This document shows positions 28,812 to 38,137 of a DNA stretch of 44,605 nt, one piece after another. This stretch comes from an uncultured archaeon (GTDB taxonomy: Archaea; Asgardarchaeota; Thorarchaeia; Thorarchaeales; Thorarchaeaceae). The stretch is from assembly GCA_964458565.1 (NCBI GenBank), contig CAYWJO010000028.1, positions 1-44,605 of the forward strand, read 5' to 3'. Position numbers and translations under genes: made by a program. The notes under the pieces were generated by a model. That model ran no database searches. It saw only the letters and a program-made list of their open reading frames with translations, and was not told the origin of the DNA. Numbering within the stretch: position 1 is the stretch's first letter; each line of letters starts with the position of its first letter.

Positions 28812-29741
28812 ATGGCAGGTTCAATAAATACAGAAAATGGAGTGGTGGTTTGTCCTGAGTGTGGAGGAAAGGACTTTCAGCATGATGCATCTCGAGGAGA
28901 GAGTACATGTTCAAGTTGTGGGTTAGTTGTTTCAGCTCAGCATATAGATACAGGCGCTGAGTGGCGAGCGTTTACAAGAGAAGAAAAGGATGCAAGAGCA
29001 AGAACAGGTGCACCTATGTCGCTCTTGATACCGGACAAAGGGCTCTCCACCACAATAGGACTCTCGATGAAAGATGCAGCAGGACGAGCTTTGAATGGAA
29101 GCACGAGAGCTGCGATGTATCGCATGCGTAAGTGGCAGATAAGGAGTATCGCACACAGTTCTGAAATTCGCAACCTTTCTATAGCATTAAGAGAATTAGA
29201 TCGACTTGCCTCAAACCTAGGAATATCACGAGATGCCAAAGATACTGCATCTTTCATATATAGAAAAGCACTATCCAAACGTCTGGTGAGGGGGCGAAGT
29301 ATTGAGGGAATGATTAGTGGGGCATTGTATATCGCATGTAGAATGCATCGAGTTCCAAGGCAATTAGATGAACTTGCTGATGAATCAATATTATCGAGAA
29401 GGGAGTTAGGAAAATGTGTGCGGCAATTGATCAGATATCTGGATCTCAAGGTGCCGATTCCATCAGCTACAAACCTGATTCCAAGAGTTGCCTCTGAATT
29501 GAATCTTAATGGAAAAACAGTAGTCAGAGCAGGTTCAATCATATCTCAAGCAAAGGAAAGAGGAATAACGGCTGGAAAAGATCCAGGTGGTATTGCAGGT
29601 GCAGCGATATATATTGCGGGAATTCTTGAGGATGATAGAAGGACACAAAGAGAGATTGCAGAGATAGTGAATGTAACTGAAGTTACTATTCGAAACAGGT
29701 ACAAGGAGCTCGCAAGAAAATTAGCGATTAGTCCAATGTAG
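28812..29741 (+). CDS. tfb: Transcription initiation factor IIB (TFB)
   Basis: Zn ribbon CPECG...CSSCG, B-reader IDTGAEWRAF, DKGLST, two cyclin folds (RGRSIE, GKDP), HTH VTEVTIRNRYKEL. ATG at 28812 is preceded by GGTGAG; the track start is 28803. Confidence 0.97.
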   Translation: MAGSINTENGVVVCPECGGKDFQHDASRGESTCSSCGLVVSAQHIDTGAEWRAFTREEKDARARTGAPMSLLIPDKGLSTTIGLSMKDAAGRALNGSTRAAMYRMRKWQIRSIAHSSEIRNLSIALRELDRLASNLGISRDAKDTASFIYRKALSKRLVRGRSIEGMISGALYIACRMHRVPRQLDELADESILSRRELGKCVRQLIRYLDLKVPIPSATNLIPRVASELNLNGKTVVRAGSIISQAKERGITAGKDPGGIAGAAIYIAGILEDDRRTQREIAEIVNVTEVTIRNRYKELARKLAISPM

Positions 29742-29786
29742 TAATTCACAACGATTTTAACCCTATTTTGACCATCAATATAACTG

Positions 29787-30284
29787 GTGTATCATTTGTC
29801 CCAGCTCAAGTACGTGTTTGGTAACCCCCATATATGCACAGGATGTATGGTCTGTGTGAACACATGCAGCATGTACTATTCAAAGGTCATCGGACCAGAA
29901 TGGTCAAGAGTGCGAGTTGTTAGAATTGAACCGGGATTAGATTTCCCATTATTTTGTAGGAATTGTGTTGATGCACCTTGCATTACAGCATGCCCCAATG
30001 AGGCGCTCTTTCGCACATCGAAAGGTATTGTTATGGTCAATAATAAGAAATGTACTGGGACAGGTGCGTGCATTACTGCATGCCCGTATTCCGCTATTCA
30101 TCTCAATCCTGACACAGGAAAAGCGATCAAATGTATTCAATGTGGCGAGTGTGTTAAACGCTGTCCTGCAGATGCGATTTGGATGAGTTCTGATCAGGAT
30201 ATCGAAAATAGAGATGGTGATGGAGAAATCAGAAAGTTGTACGAGGAACATGAACAAGACCTGTACGGGAGGAAAAAACAATGA
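29787..30284 (+). CDS. [4Fe-4S] electron-transfer subunit (DmsB/CooF/AorA-type)
   Basis: CTGCMVCVNTC, CRNCVDAPCITACP, CTGTGACITACP, KCIQCGECVKRCP; ATGA overlap with the AOR gene. Confidence 0.92.
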   Translation: MYHLSQLKYVFGNPHICTGCMVCVNTCSMYYSKVIGPEWSRVRVVRIEPGLDFPLFCRNCVDAPCITACPNEALFRTSKGIVMVNNKKCTGTGACITACPYSAIHLNPDTGKAIKCIQCGECVKRCPADAIWMSSDQDIENRDGDGEIRKLYEEHEQDLYGRKKQ

Positions 30285-32167
30285 AGGGCGTAGGCGGAAC
30301 AATACTCTGGATTAACCTCTCTACTGGGGATATTGAGAGAAAACAACTTGATGCAAGCATGATTAGAAAGTACCTTCTAGGAGCTGGATATCTCTCAAAA
30401 ATCATATACGACCTCGTACCTCCAGGAACAGACCCCCTATCCCCACAGAATGTATTAGGAATAGCATCGGGACTATTAACAGGATCAATGTTTCCGCAGT
30501 CATCAAGACATGTAGTTGCAGCATTATCACCGCTCACTGATGTCTGGGGAGAGAGTCATGCTGCAGGATTCTGGGCACCGGAGTTAAAATTCGCTGGATA
30601 TGATGCACTAATTTTCACAGGTGCATCCGATCATCCTGTCTATCTTAACATTAAGGATGATAACGTTATGCTAAACAACGCAAGAGGTCTTTGGGGTAAA
30701 GATGTCTTTGAAACAGATGATATTTTGCGCGCACAGCATGGAAAGGAGTGTAGAACACTTGCAATAGGTCAAGCAGGTGAGAATTTAGTGCGGATGGCTG
30801 CGGTTATGAACGACAGAGACCGGGCGTCAGCAAGAGCAGGTCTAGGTGCTGTCATGGGTGCAAAGAAAATCAAAGCAGTCTGCGTACGTGGCACTGGTAA
30901 ATTAGAAGTTGCAGATCCTAGTAACTACCTCAAACACATGGACGAGTTCTACAAGAGAATGTTAGAAAATCCTTTTACTCCTGGTCGTGTGAAATACGGT
31001 ACAACAAGTCTAGTTGAACTCATGCAACATATCGGGCGCCTCCCGAGCTACAATATGAAACAGGGAGTCTTTGAGGGTTATGAGAAGATAAGTGGAGAAC
31101 GGATAACTCAGGAGTTTCTAGTTAAACCACGAGCAGATTGGTCATGTTTACAGAGATGCGGGAGGTATACGACTGTAAGGAAAGGACCATATGAATACAT
31201 TGGAGGGTCTCCGGAATTTGAGACCCAGTCATCCATGGGATCGAGATGTGGCAATGATAATTTGGAATCGGTGCTTTACAGCCATCATTTGTGCAATCTC
31301 TATGGAATGGACACAATATCAGTAGGTGCAACTATCTCATGGGCCATGGAAGCATGGGATGAGGGGCTAATCACATCTGACGACACAGGGGGCATCGATC
31401 TCAGTTGGGGTAATCATGAAACAATAGTAAATCTCACTAAGATGATTGCGCTACGTGAAGGATTCGGTGATCTTCTCGCAGAGGGTAGTTATCGTGCTGC
31501 GAAGAAAATAGGACGGGGGACAGAGAAATTTGTCATGACCGTGAAAAAACAAGAGATTGCTGGACAAGAACCACGAGCTCAGAAATCAATGGGACTTGCA
31601 GCAGTGACTTCTGCAAGAGGTGCAGATCATCTCTACGCATTCCCCGTACTAGATGAAGCGGGTTTTGATGATGAGATAAAGAAGAGATTTGGTGAACAAT
31701 ATCTCCCTGAAATGGCAGAGAGATTGAATCCCAAATATAAAGGAATCATGGTAGCTGAATGCGAGAATTATATGGTAGTTGTGGAGAGTGTGGGGTTATG
31801 CAAATATGGAACTCAAATCCCACCAGAGTTCTATTACGATGATGTAGCCTTGGCTTTAAGGATACACAACGGTCTAGATTTTAGTAAAAGAGATCTCGAG
31901 GAAATTGGTGAACGCATAGTCAATTTGAACCGCTTGTTCAACGTCAGATTGGGAATCACTAGAGAAGATGACAGCCTTCCCAAACGTCTGACTGATGAGC
32001 CTGCACCTCTTGGACCTTCAGCTGGAGAAGTGGTAGAATTGGACCAAATGCTGGATGAGTACTATAAAGCCCGAGGATGGGATATGGGAACAGGTATTCC
32101 ATTACCTGAAACACTGAAACGCCTTGGTCTTGAGAACGAAGCCAAGGGTATCGTGGATTTGTCATGA
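30281..32167 (+). CDS. aor: Tungsten-dependent aldehyde:ferredoxin oxidoreductase family protein (paralog 2)
   Basis: LSPLT, IGQAGE, RASARAGLGAVMGAKKIK, SPEFET, CNLYGMDTIS, RGADHL, MLDEYYKARGWD. Confidence 0.95.
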   Translation: MKGVGGTILWINLSTGDIERKQLDASMIRKYLLGAGYLSKIIYDLVPPGTDPLSPQNVLGIASGLLTGSMFPQSSRHVVAALSPLTDVWGESHAAGFWAPELKFAGYDALIFTGASDHPVYLNIKDDNVMLNNARGLWGKDVFETDDILRAQHGKECRTLAIGQAGENLVRMAAVMNDRDRASARAGLGAVMGAKKIKAVCVRGTGKLEVADPSNYLKHMDEFYKRMLENPFTPGRVKYGTTSLVELMQHIGRLPSYNMKQGVFEGYEKISGERITQEFLVKPRADWSCLQRCGRYTTVRKGPYEYIGGSPEFETQSSMGSRCGNDNLESVLYSHHLCNLYGMDTISVGATISWAMEAWDEGLITSDDTGGIDLSWGNHETIVNLTKMIALREGFGDLLAEGSYRAAKKIGRGTEKFVMTVKKQEIAGQEPRAQKSMGLAAVTSARGADHLYAFPVLDEAGFDDEIKKRFGEQYLPEMAERLNPKYKGIMVAECENYMVVVESVGLCKYGTQIPPEFYYDDVALALRIHNGLDFSKRDLEEIGERIVNLNRLFNVRLGITREDDSLPKRLTDEPAPLGPSAGEVVELDQMLDEYYKARGWDMGTGIPLPETLKRLGLENEAKGIVDLS

Positions 32168-32197
32168 ACTAGACCCAGTAAGTCACAAGACGTGCTA

Positions 32198-32431
32198 TCA
32201 GGTTGATGCACATACATTAGTTACTGTGTCTTTCACTCCGTCAATCTTTCGCAACTCATCCACTACAAAGGAACTTAGTGCCTCAGGAGTTTTGAAGAGA
32301 CCCTTAATCAACAGATCATAGGCGCCATAAATCATATAGACTTCACTGACTTGGTCAAGTTCCTTAATTTTTTCCAGCACATCTCGCGCTTTTGGCGAGT
32401 CAACCTTGGCCATTATGAAAGCTGTAATCAC
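32198..32431 (-). CDS. Stand-alone Lrp/AsnC ligand-binding (RAM) domain protein
   Basis: AFIMAKV...EVYMIYGAYDLLIK...LRKIDGVKDTVT; 77 aa with no HTH. Confidence 0.92.
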   Translation of the reverse strand: MITAFIMAKVDSPKARDVLEKIKELDQVSEVYMIYGAYDLLIKGLFKTPEALSSFVVDELRKIDGVKDTVTNVCAST

Positions 32432-32661
32432 TATGTATCCACATCTCCTGCAAATAGTGTTATCTCATGTGCTTAGATATCTTAAAACTGTGCCGTAGAA
32501 GTTCAAAGATAATCTATAGATGATAGATTTACTCCTTTGGTAAAAAGATAGCACCCCTGTAAACAGGTCGAGCCTGAAATACTGATTGTTGATTATCCGT
32601 TTCAGGAATCTTAATAGGGAGTCCTCGCGAAACGCACCTTGGCCTCAGGAGGTCCCATAAC

Positions 32662-33723
32662 TTGACAGCAGCTTCTCAGAAAGCGACTTCCAAAACTAAA
32701 AATACAAAGAAAGGCTTCGAACCGAGAATTGTTGCATTGTGTTGCAACTGGTGCTCGTATGCAGGGGCTGACTTAGCTGGTACAAGTAGGAAGAAGATGC
32801 CTCCAAATATGCGGGTCATTAGAGTGAACTGTACTGGACGAATTGATCCCATGTTTATTCTCCAGGCATTAGAGCGTGGAGCGGATGGAGTCCTGATAAG
32901 TGGATGTCACGAGGGAGATTGTCATTATGTTGAGGGGAATATCCACTCGAAGAAACGATTCGACTTCTTCAAAAAGATACTAGACCAGATGGGGATGGGG
33001 AATAGGATTGATTTTGTTCACGTTTCAGCAGCTGAAGGTGACAAATGGGCAGAGATAACCATAAACTTTGTCAAGAAAATCAAGAAGCTTGGACCAAGTC
33101 CCATAAGTGATGTTACAAGTCCAACGGCTCTAGACATAGATCAAAATCATTCAAGAAAGGACCGTATTCAAGAACTTCTCCTGTCAATTGCTAAGCGACT
33201 CGGATATGAACAAAAAATACCATTGGAGTTCGACCCAGATGAGGTTGCAGAAGGATACGGTTTTCCTAAAAGAGACCCTGAGAAGTGTATTGGATGCTAT
33301 GCATGCTATAGTGTCTGTCCTGAAAATGCAATAACCATTGAAGATGTGAAGAACAAACGCAGGTATGGAACCCTTCATGCTCATTGCTTGGTATGCAAGG
33401 AATGTGAAAAAGAATGCCCTCAAGAGGCTATCAAAATCTCGCCTGGATTCGAATTACTTTCCTTCCTGTATAACACACCTATTTGGGAGTTTGAAGTCGC
33501 AGTACAGAAATGCTCGGTCTGTAATGAATTTTTCAATCCGATACCCTTCTGTGATGACTTAAAAAACAGAATTACAGACAAAGTAGCCAAAGACAAACTC
33601 GATGAGATGAATTTGCCCTATAATCCCTACACAACATGTCCTGATTGCAAGAGAGAGAAAATGGCTCAGTTATTCGCTGAAGTTGCGCAACCTGCGATGA
33701 AAGGAGGTTCCAAATCAAAATGA
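32662..33723 (+). CDS. mvhD: MvhD-like [2Fe-2S] subunit fused to a C-terminal polyferredoxin region
   Basis: CCNWCSYAGADLAG, IRVNCTGRID, GADGVLISGCHEGDCHY.EGN, SAAEG; then CIGCYACYSVCP, CLVCKECEKECP and CSVC...CPDCKR. Confidence 0.9.
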   Translation: MTAASQKATSKTKNTKKGFEPRIVALCCNWCSYAGADLAGTSRKKMPPNMRVIRVNCTGRIDPMFILQALERGADGVLISGCHEGDCHYVEGNIHSKKRFDFFKKILDQMGMGNRIDFVHVSAAEGDKWAEITINFVKKIKKLGPSPISDVTSPTALDIDQNHSRKDRIQELLLSIAKRLGYEQKIPLEFDPDEVAEGYGFPKRDPEKCIGCYACYSVCPENAITIEDVKNKRRYGTLHAHCLVCKECEKECPQEAIKISPGFELLSFLYNTPIWEFEVAVQKCSVCNEFFNPIPFCDDLKNRITDKVAKDKLDEMNLPYNPYTTCPDCKREKMAQLFAEVAQPAMKGGSKSK

Positions 33724-33735
33724 GGTGGTACCAGA

Positions 33736-34227
33736 ATGACACGTAATGTGTTTCTTGTGATGAATCGTTGTTTGGGTTGTGAGGAATGTGTAGAAGCATG
33801 TAGAAGAGAGAATTCCATCTCATTGTGCTATGTAGATTCATACAAGGGAGTTCCTGTACCATTTCGTTGTGCAAACTGTGAAACAGCTCTCTGTGAACAG
33901 GTCTGCCCAACAGAGGCAATACACAGGGAAAATGGCATCGTCCTGATAGACTCTGAGAAATGCATTGGATGTAGATCCTGTGAGTTCATCTGTCCATGGG
34001 GTGTTCCAATTTACAGAACTGATATTCGTAAGATGATGAAATGTGATATGTGTGTGGACCGACAACGAAATGATAAAGTTCCAGCATGTGTAGAGGCATG
34101 TCCCACAAATGCATTGGTTTTTGGAGAGCTTTCGGACTTTGCAGAGGACTATCATGAGAAAACTGCGGCGAGAATTACGAAAGCAGGCAAACTCGCTAAC
34201 GAGATAATACTTCCACAGGAGGGCTGA
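33736..34227 (+). CDS. 4x[4Fe-4S] protein (HydN/FdhB/DmsB-like)
   Basis: CLGCEECVEAC, CANCETALCEQVCP, CIGCRSCEFICP, KCDMC...PACVEACPT. Confidence 0.92.
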   Translation: MTRNVFLVMNRCLGCEECVEACRRENSISLCYVDSYKGVPVPFRCANCETALCEQVCPTEAIHRENGIVLIDSEKCIGCRSCEFICPWGVPIYRTDIRKMMKCDMCVDRQRNDKVPACVEACPTNALVFGELSDFAEDYHEKTAARITKAGKLANEIILPQEG

Positions 34228-34229
34228 AG

Positions 34230-34628
34230 ATGGTCTGCGCAGTCGAAGCAATACCATATGAGAAAATCAAAAGCCAGTTTACACAGGGAGAGAGAGTGTC
34301 TATTGTCACCTGTAACACATGCACAAGATCACAGGAAGCAGGTGGTGCAAAGCTCATGGAGGAAATGAGTGAGCTGCTTGTTAAGGACGTTGGAATTGAA
34401 GTCGTGGAAGAGATTGTACTCACAACAGGATGCAATGCAGATTATTATGATCAAGCAAATCCTAGAGATGATGTTGATAAAATACTCTGTCTAGGATGCT
34501 GGGCGGGTTGGACAGTGATAAAAAGAAAATTCCCAGATATACCAGTCATTGCAGGAGTCCGAACATTGGGAATCCCTGAATTGTCTGAAATGAAAGCGGT
34601 AGTCCCACCAAAGGAGATAGAGGGATGA
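34230..34628 (+). CDS. Small Cys protein resembling the N-terminal domain of MetV (copy 1)
   Basis: PYEKIK, IVTCNTC.....GG, GC, ILCLGC..G, PVIAG..TLG pattern. Confidence 0.65.
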   Translation: MVCAVEAIPYEKIKSQFTQGERVSIVTCNTCTRSQEAGGAKLMEEMSELLVKDVGIEVVEEIVLTTGCNADYYDQANPRDDVDKILCLGCWAGWTVIKRKFPDIPVIAGVRTLGIPELSEMKAVVPPKEIEG

Positions 34629-35122
34629 TTGTAGTACTTCGGGATATTGATTATGAGCAGTTAAAGGAACAAATCACAACGGATGATAGGATTATAGTTT
34701 GGTCATGTAATGATTGTACCAAATATTGCGACCTAGGTGGTCGTAAGAATCTCAATGCGCTGGCGGATGCTCTTGAGAAAGATGGTTACAATGTAATCCA
34801 CCGTGAGCTGATTGGTGTGGGTTGTCAACCACCACTTATTAGACTACGCTCCCAACACCCAGCAACAAAGGATATTTTTGGATCAGCCTCAGTCATTGTA
34901 GTTCTTTCATGTACCGATGGATTCCTCAAGACTCAGAGAGTCTTCAAGAAGCAGAAAGTCATTCAGATTGGTGTAAGTGTTGGACTCGGGGCATATTCCA
35001 AGAAGGAAGGAATGAGATTGGTAATTCCGATGGATGGAATAGGACTTGAGCCCTCTATAGAGGGTTACAGCCTTGATGAGGTTGCAAAGAAATTAGGCAA
35101 GAAATCAGGACCTCTTGTTTGA
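34625..35122 (+). CDS. Small Cys protein resembling the N-terminal domain of MetV (copy 2)
   Basis: DYEQLK, VWSCNDCTKYC..GG, VGC, VVLSC..G. Same Cys spacing as the preceding gene; ATGA overlap. Confidence 0.65.
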   Translation: MIVVLRDIDYEQLKEQITTDDRIIVWSCNDCTKYCDLGGRKNLNALADALEKDGYNVIHRELIGVGCQPPLIRLRSQHPATKDIFGSASVIVVLSCTDGFLKTQRVFKKQKVIQIGVSVGLGAYSKKEGMRLVIPMDGIGLEPSIEGYSLDEVAKKLGKKSGPLV

Positions 35123-35138
35123 TAACAGTAGCGGACAG

Positions 35139-35564
35139 CTAACCCAGTTTCTTATTCATATCTTGCACAAGCCAAAGTAGGAATGCACCCTGGTTCTTGT
35201 GAGGTTTGTCAACACCCTCCGAAGATGCTTGTTTTGCTGTATTTCGCATCGTATTATCATCAACACCCAAGGCAGCTTGATAAATACAAAGTACAAAACC
35301 AAACAAAACATCACGTATCTTCTTGTCAGGACATTTCAATTTCTTACCCTTTCCAGCAACACCAAGACTTGCTTTATAGGTCTGTGATTTCTTCAGAAAA
35401 GGATCATTCTGACTGAAACCTACAAGGGTCGAGTAGTGCTTCTCATAGAGCTGTTTCGTAAGTTCGCAAGCATTTTCAGAGCCTTGTTCAAAGGCATTAC
35501 ATGCATCTTTGAGCAAAGGAATGAGAACATCTCGAGTAATTTGTGACGCAGACATTATCTCCAC
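35139..35564 (-). CDS. Hypothetical alpha-helical protein
   Basis: 141-aa ORF filling the gap after the redox operon. ATG at 35555 is a probable start. Confidence 0.6.
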   Translation of the reverse strand: MEIMSASQITRDVLIPLLKDACNAFEQGSENACELTKQLYEKHYSTLVGFSQNDPFLKKSQTYKASLGVAGKGKKLKCPDKKIRDVLFGFVLCIYQAALGVDDNTMRNTAKQASSEGVDKPHKNQGAFLLWLVQDMNKKLG

Positions 35565-35752
35565 TTCGCAGTTTGTGTTTAACGAACACTAATATCTAGA
35601 TTTCAATATGCCTATTGGAAGCCTAATAAGCTAGACCTTGCTGCCCAAGGTATATTTAAACGCACATCTAAATAAAGACTTCAAGTTTTACCCTTCTTCG
35701 TAGTAGGCAAAAAACATATGTGTACAAAGAGTGAAAATAACAGGGGTAACAG

Positions 35753-36031
35753 ATGAACGCCATGCACAAGCTCACTAGGGCAGCAACCAGTCAGCAATAC
35801 ATGGAAAAAGGGTCGATGATCAGAGTACCCAAGTGGGCATATTTTATGGGTGGGATTCTTATTGTGATGAGCTGTCTACTTGGCGGGACCATTGTGTTTG
35901 TACTTCTGGAAATGCTTCCTCAAGGAATGGACATCCAAGTACCCCTGCTATTCATCATACTCCCCATGAGTATTCTCAGTCCACTAATAATGGTAACAAT
36001 GGCAATACTGCTAACAAGGAAGAGGGAGTAA
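35753..36031 (+). CDS. Small two-TM membrane protein
   Basis: Two hydrophobic helices and a basic C-terminus (RKRE). The real start may be 35801 or 35816. Confidence 0.55.
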   Translation: MNAMHKLTRAATSQQYMEKGSMIRVPKWAYFMGGILIVMSCLLGGTIVFVLLEMLPQGMDIQVPLLFIILPMSILSPLIMVTMAILLTRKRE

Positions 36032-36103
36032 ACACAATAAGGCAACGCAAAGAGGGAATCTTTCAGTATCGACATTGTGACAATCTTGTACCATCTCAAA
36101 ATA

Positions 36104-36901
36104 CTATAACGTTAAGGACATCTTGTACAATTTGTGGTGTAACTTATAGTTACGCTGCTCACAAAGACCAGCGAGGTCGTACATATCTGTAAATGTTACT
36201 CTCACATAATCAAATTCAGGAAGACAAAAGTTTTTCACACCTAGAATAAAATCATCAAAGCATTCAGTTTTAACAATTTCAAAGGGGAAACAGCCTGGAA
36301 AATCAGGGGTAAATCGACATACTCCCACAATATTTCTCCATTCATCTTTCAATGTGAGAACCTTGTATTCATCATAGGAAAGAAAGCGCTCAATCTGAGC
36401 TGCTGGGAGCGATTCGAATAGAGCTCCAACAGGATCTATTTCGGTTTGTTCTATTTCTTGGCATACGTATTTGTATTGAGGCTCAAGAGAATCGAATGGC
36501 ACAAAGAAATGCCAAGTTGTGCCTGTCATTTCAAATCCAAACTTTCGATATAGTCCTTGAGCTACGATGTTATCATGTTGCGTATAAAGATGAACATTAC
36601 TGATATCACCCTGATCCTGGAACCATTCAATTGCATACTTCATGAGTGACTTACTAAAACCTCTACCTTGTTGGTCAGAATCTACACCAATCCGACCTAA
36701 ATGACCCTCATCCTCTCCGAATCTGGATACAATGAGTTCACCAATAATAACGTCTTCGAGTTCTAGTACAAAACAACCATCTCGTTCGACTCGTTTCTTC
36801 ATCCATTCTTCACTCAACATGTCATCTGGGAATATGACCTTGTCCATGACATGAAATCCTTCCCAATCACTTGATGTCATTTTTCGAATAATTGGCTCCA
36901 T
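36104..36901 (-). CDS. GNAT family N-acetyltransferase with an extra C-terminal domain
   Basis: IGVDSDQQGRGFSK (motif A) and NIVAQGLYRKFGF (motif B). Confidence 0.9.
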   Translation of the reverse strand: MEPIIRKMTSSDWEGFHVMDKVIFPDDMLSEEWMKKRVERDGCFVLELEDVIIGELIVSRFGEDEGHLGRIGVDSDQQGRGFSKSLMKYAIEWFQDQGDISNVHLYTQHDNIVAQGLYRKFGFEMTGTTWHFFVPFDSLEPQYKYVCQEIEQTEIDPVGALFESLPAAQIERFLSYDEYKVLTLKDEWRNIVGVCRFTPDFPGCFPFEIVKTECFDDFILGVKNFCLPEFDYVRVTFTDMYDLAGLCEQRNYKLHHKLYKMSLTL

Positions 36902-36991
36902 TGTACGTCGCGTCCAGAATATTATAAATAAAATATAACCTTCTCTGAAAAATCATTGGCTCATTTGAATTAACCAAGATTTTGAACTTGT

Positions 36992-38107
36992 TCACTTGTC
37001 ATTTATGGAAGATAATGGGTCATCTACAATGAATTTCCTTGATTCAATCCAACCTCGCTGATTATCATTAAATGCTCCAGACCAGACGCCATAAGCTACA
37101 CTAGTTTGATAGTCTAAGAGTGATGTATCTAGCTCTTCAACATTTGCTAGAAGATATGTAAAAACAGACGAAAGATGATTTGGGGGTAGTCTCAAGAACC
37201 AAAGAAATTCATCACCATTAACACGTAGTGTGCTTCGAAATGGTATTGGGTGGGTTTTCAGACGTGATGCAAGGTCGTCTACAAATGTATTCGTACATTT
37301 TGCAGTGAGTAGGACATTGCTATATAGATTGAAAGCCTCAGGATCAAGAAATATCATATAATTCTTAATGAACTGATCATTAAGCAATGCAAGACTCCTT
37401 GAGAAGTCCTGCGAGGTGTAGCTTACACTATCTTTCTCAAGTGCTCTGATAATCTCTATCTGTTTTCTACGAGCACCATATGAAAGCTGAGTGAGAATGC
37501 TAATTTCCCGACTGGTAAGTATATGAACAACGGAATCAATGAGCTTGTCTGAATCTGGAGTTGATTTTACCTTCTTCTTTGACCAACCATTCCAATCAAA
37601 ATCCCATGTGAATGAACTACTATTCCAGTGCTTCAAGAGGGAAGTAGAAAAAATGGGTTCGACACCAGTGGTTGATAATACTGTATAGTCTACAACTATA
37701 TCTTGTTTTTTCAAACCAGAGAATAGTGATTTAAGAAATGATTCTGTTCCTTTTGGAACTCGAAATTGAACAAATAATCCTGAATGGTACCCAAAACATC
37801 TCGCACGATATTTTGTGTATGGATGATCATCACAGAACTTCTCGATGATTCGGATATTTGATAGGTTCCTAATCTCTAGAAATACATCAACGGTGACTAA
37901 ACCTAGTGCACCTTCGTTCAAATCCGGTACGACTCTAAAGAATCTAGTTTTTTGCGAGGGGTGTTCTCCACTCAACCACTTCAAATCTTTAGAAACAGTA
38001 GTCGGTGAATTTCCCACCCTCTTCGCCAAATCCTTCAAAAGATCCATTGGACCTTCCTGAAGTGCAATCAGAAGTGTGAGATACTTCCCACTGAGTCGTT
38101 GCTTCAA
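36992..38107 (-). CDS. Regulator with two wHTH-Lrp/AsnC-like repeats
   Basis: LKDLAKRVGNSPTTVSKDLKWL, LTSREISILTQL, HPYTKYRARCFG, and W-rich repeat ends like the 15865 protein. Confidence 0.75.
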   Translation of the reverse strand: MKQRLSGKYLTLLIALQEGPMDLLKDLAKRVGNSPTTVSKDLKWLSGEHPSQKTRFFRVVPDLNEGALGLVTVDVFLEIRNLSNIRIIEKFCDDHPYTKYRARCFGYHSGLFVQFRVPKGTESFLKSLFSGLKKQDIVVDYTVLSTTGVEPIFSTSLLKHWNSSSFTWDFDWNGWSKKKVKSTPDSDKLIDSVVHILTSREISILTQLSYGARRKQIEIIRALEKDSVSYTSQDFSRSLALLNDQFIKNYMIFLDPEAFNLYSNVLLTAKCTNTFVDDLASRLKTHPIPFRSTLRVNGDEFLWFLRLPPNHLSSVFTYLLANVEELDTSLLDYQTSVAYGVWSGAFNDNQRGWIESRKFIVDDPLSSINDK

Positions 38108-38137
38108 AGGTTAGACTTCACTCCATAAGCTCTATTG

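Noticed and set aside
28937-29542. 201-aa antisense ORF within tfb, and similar shadow ORFs (4382-4849, 20403-20807, 21164-21628, 33838-34257)
   Set aside because: They lie on the opposite strand of well-supported genes and show no motifs of their own.
33721-33738. The TGA stop of the mvhD fusion is in frame with the next gene (TGA GGT GGT ACC AGA ATG), suggesting selenocysteine readthrough
   Set aside because: The TGA is not at a Cys-equivalent position, it follows a low-complexity tail, and GAGGTGG serves as the SD for the next ATG. In-frame spacing arises by chance one time in three.
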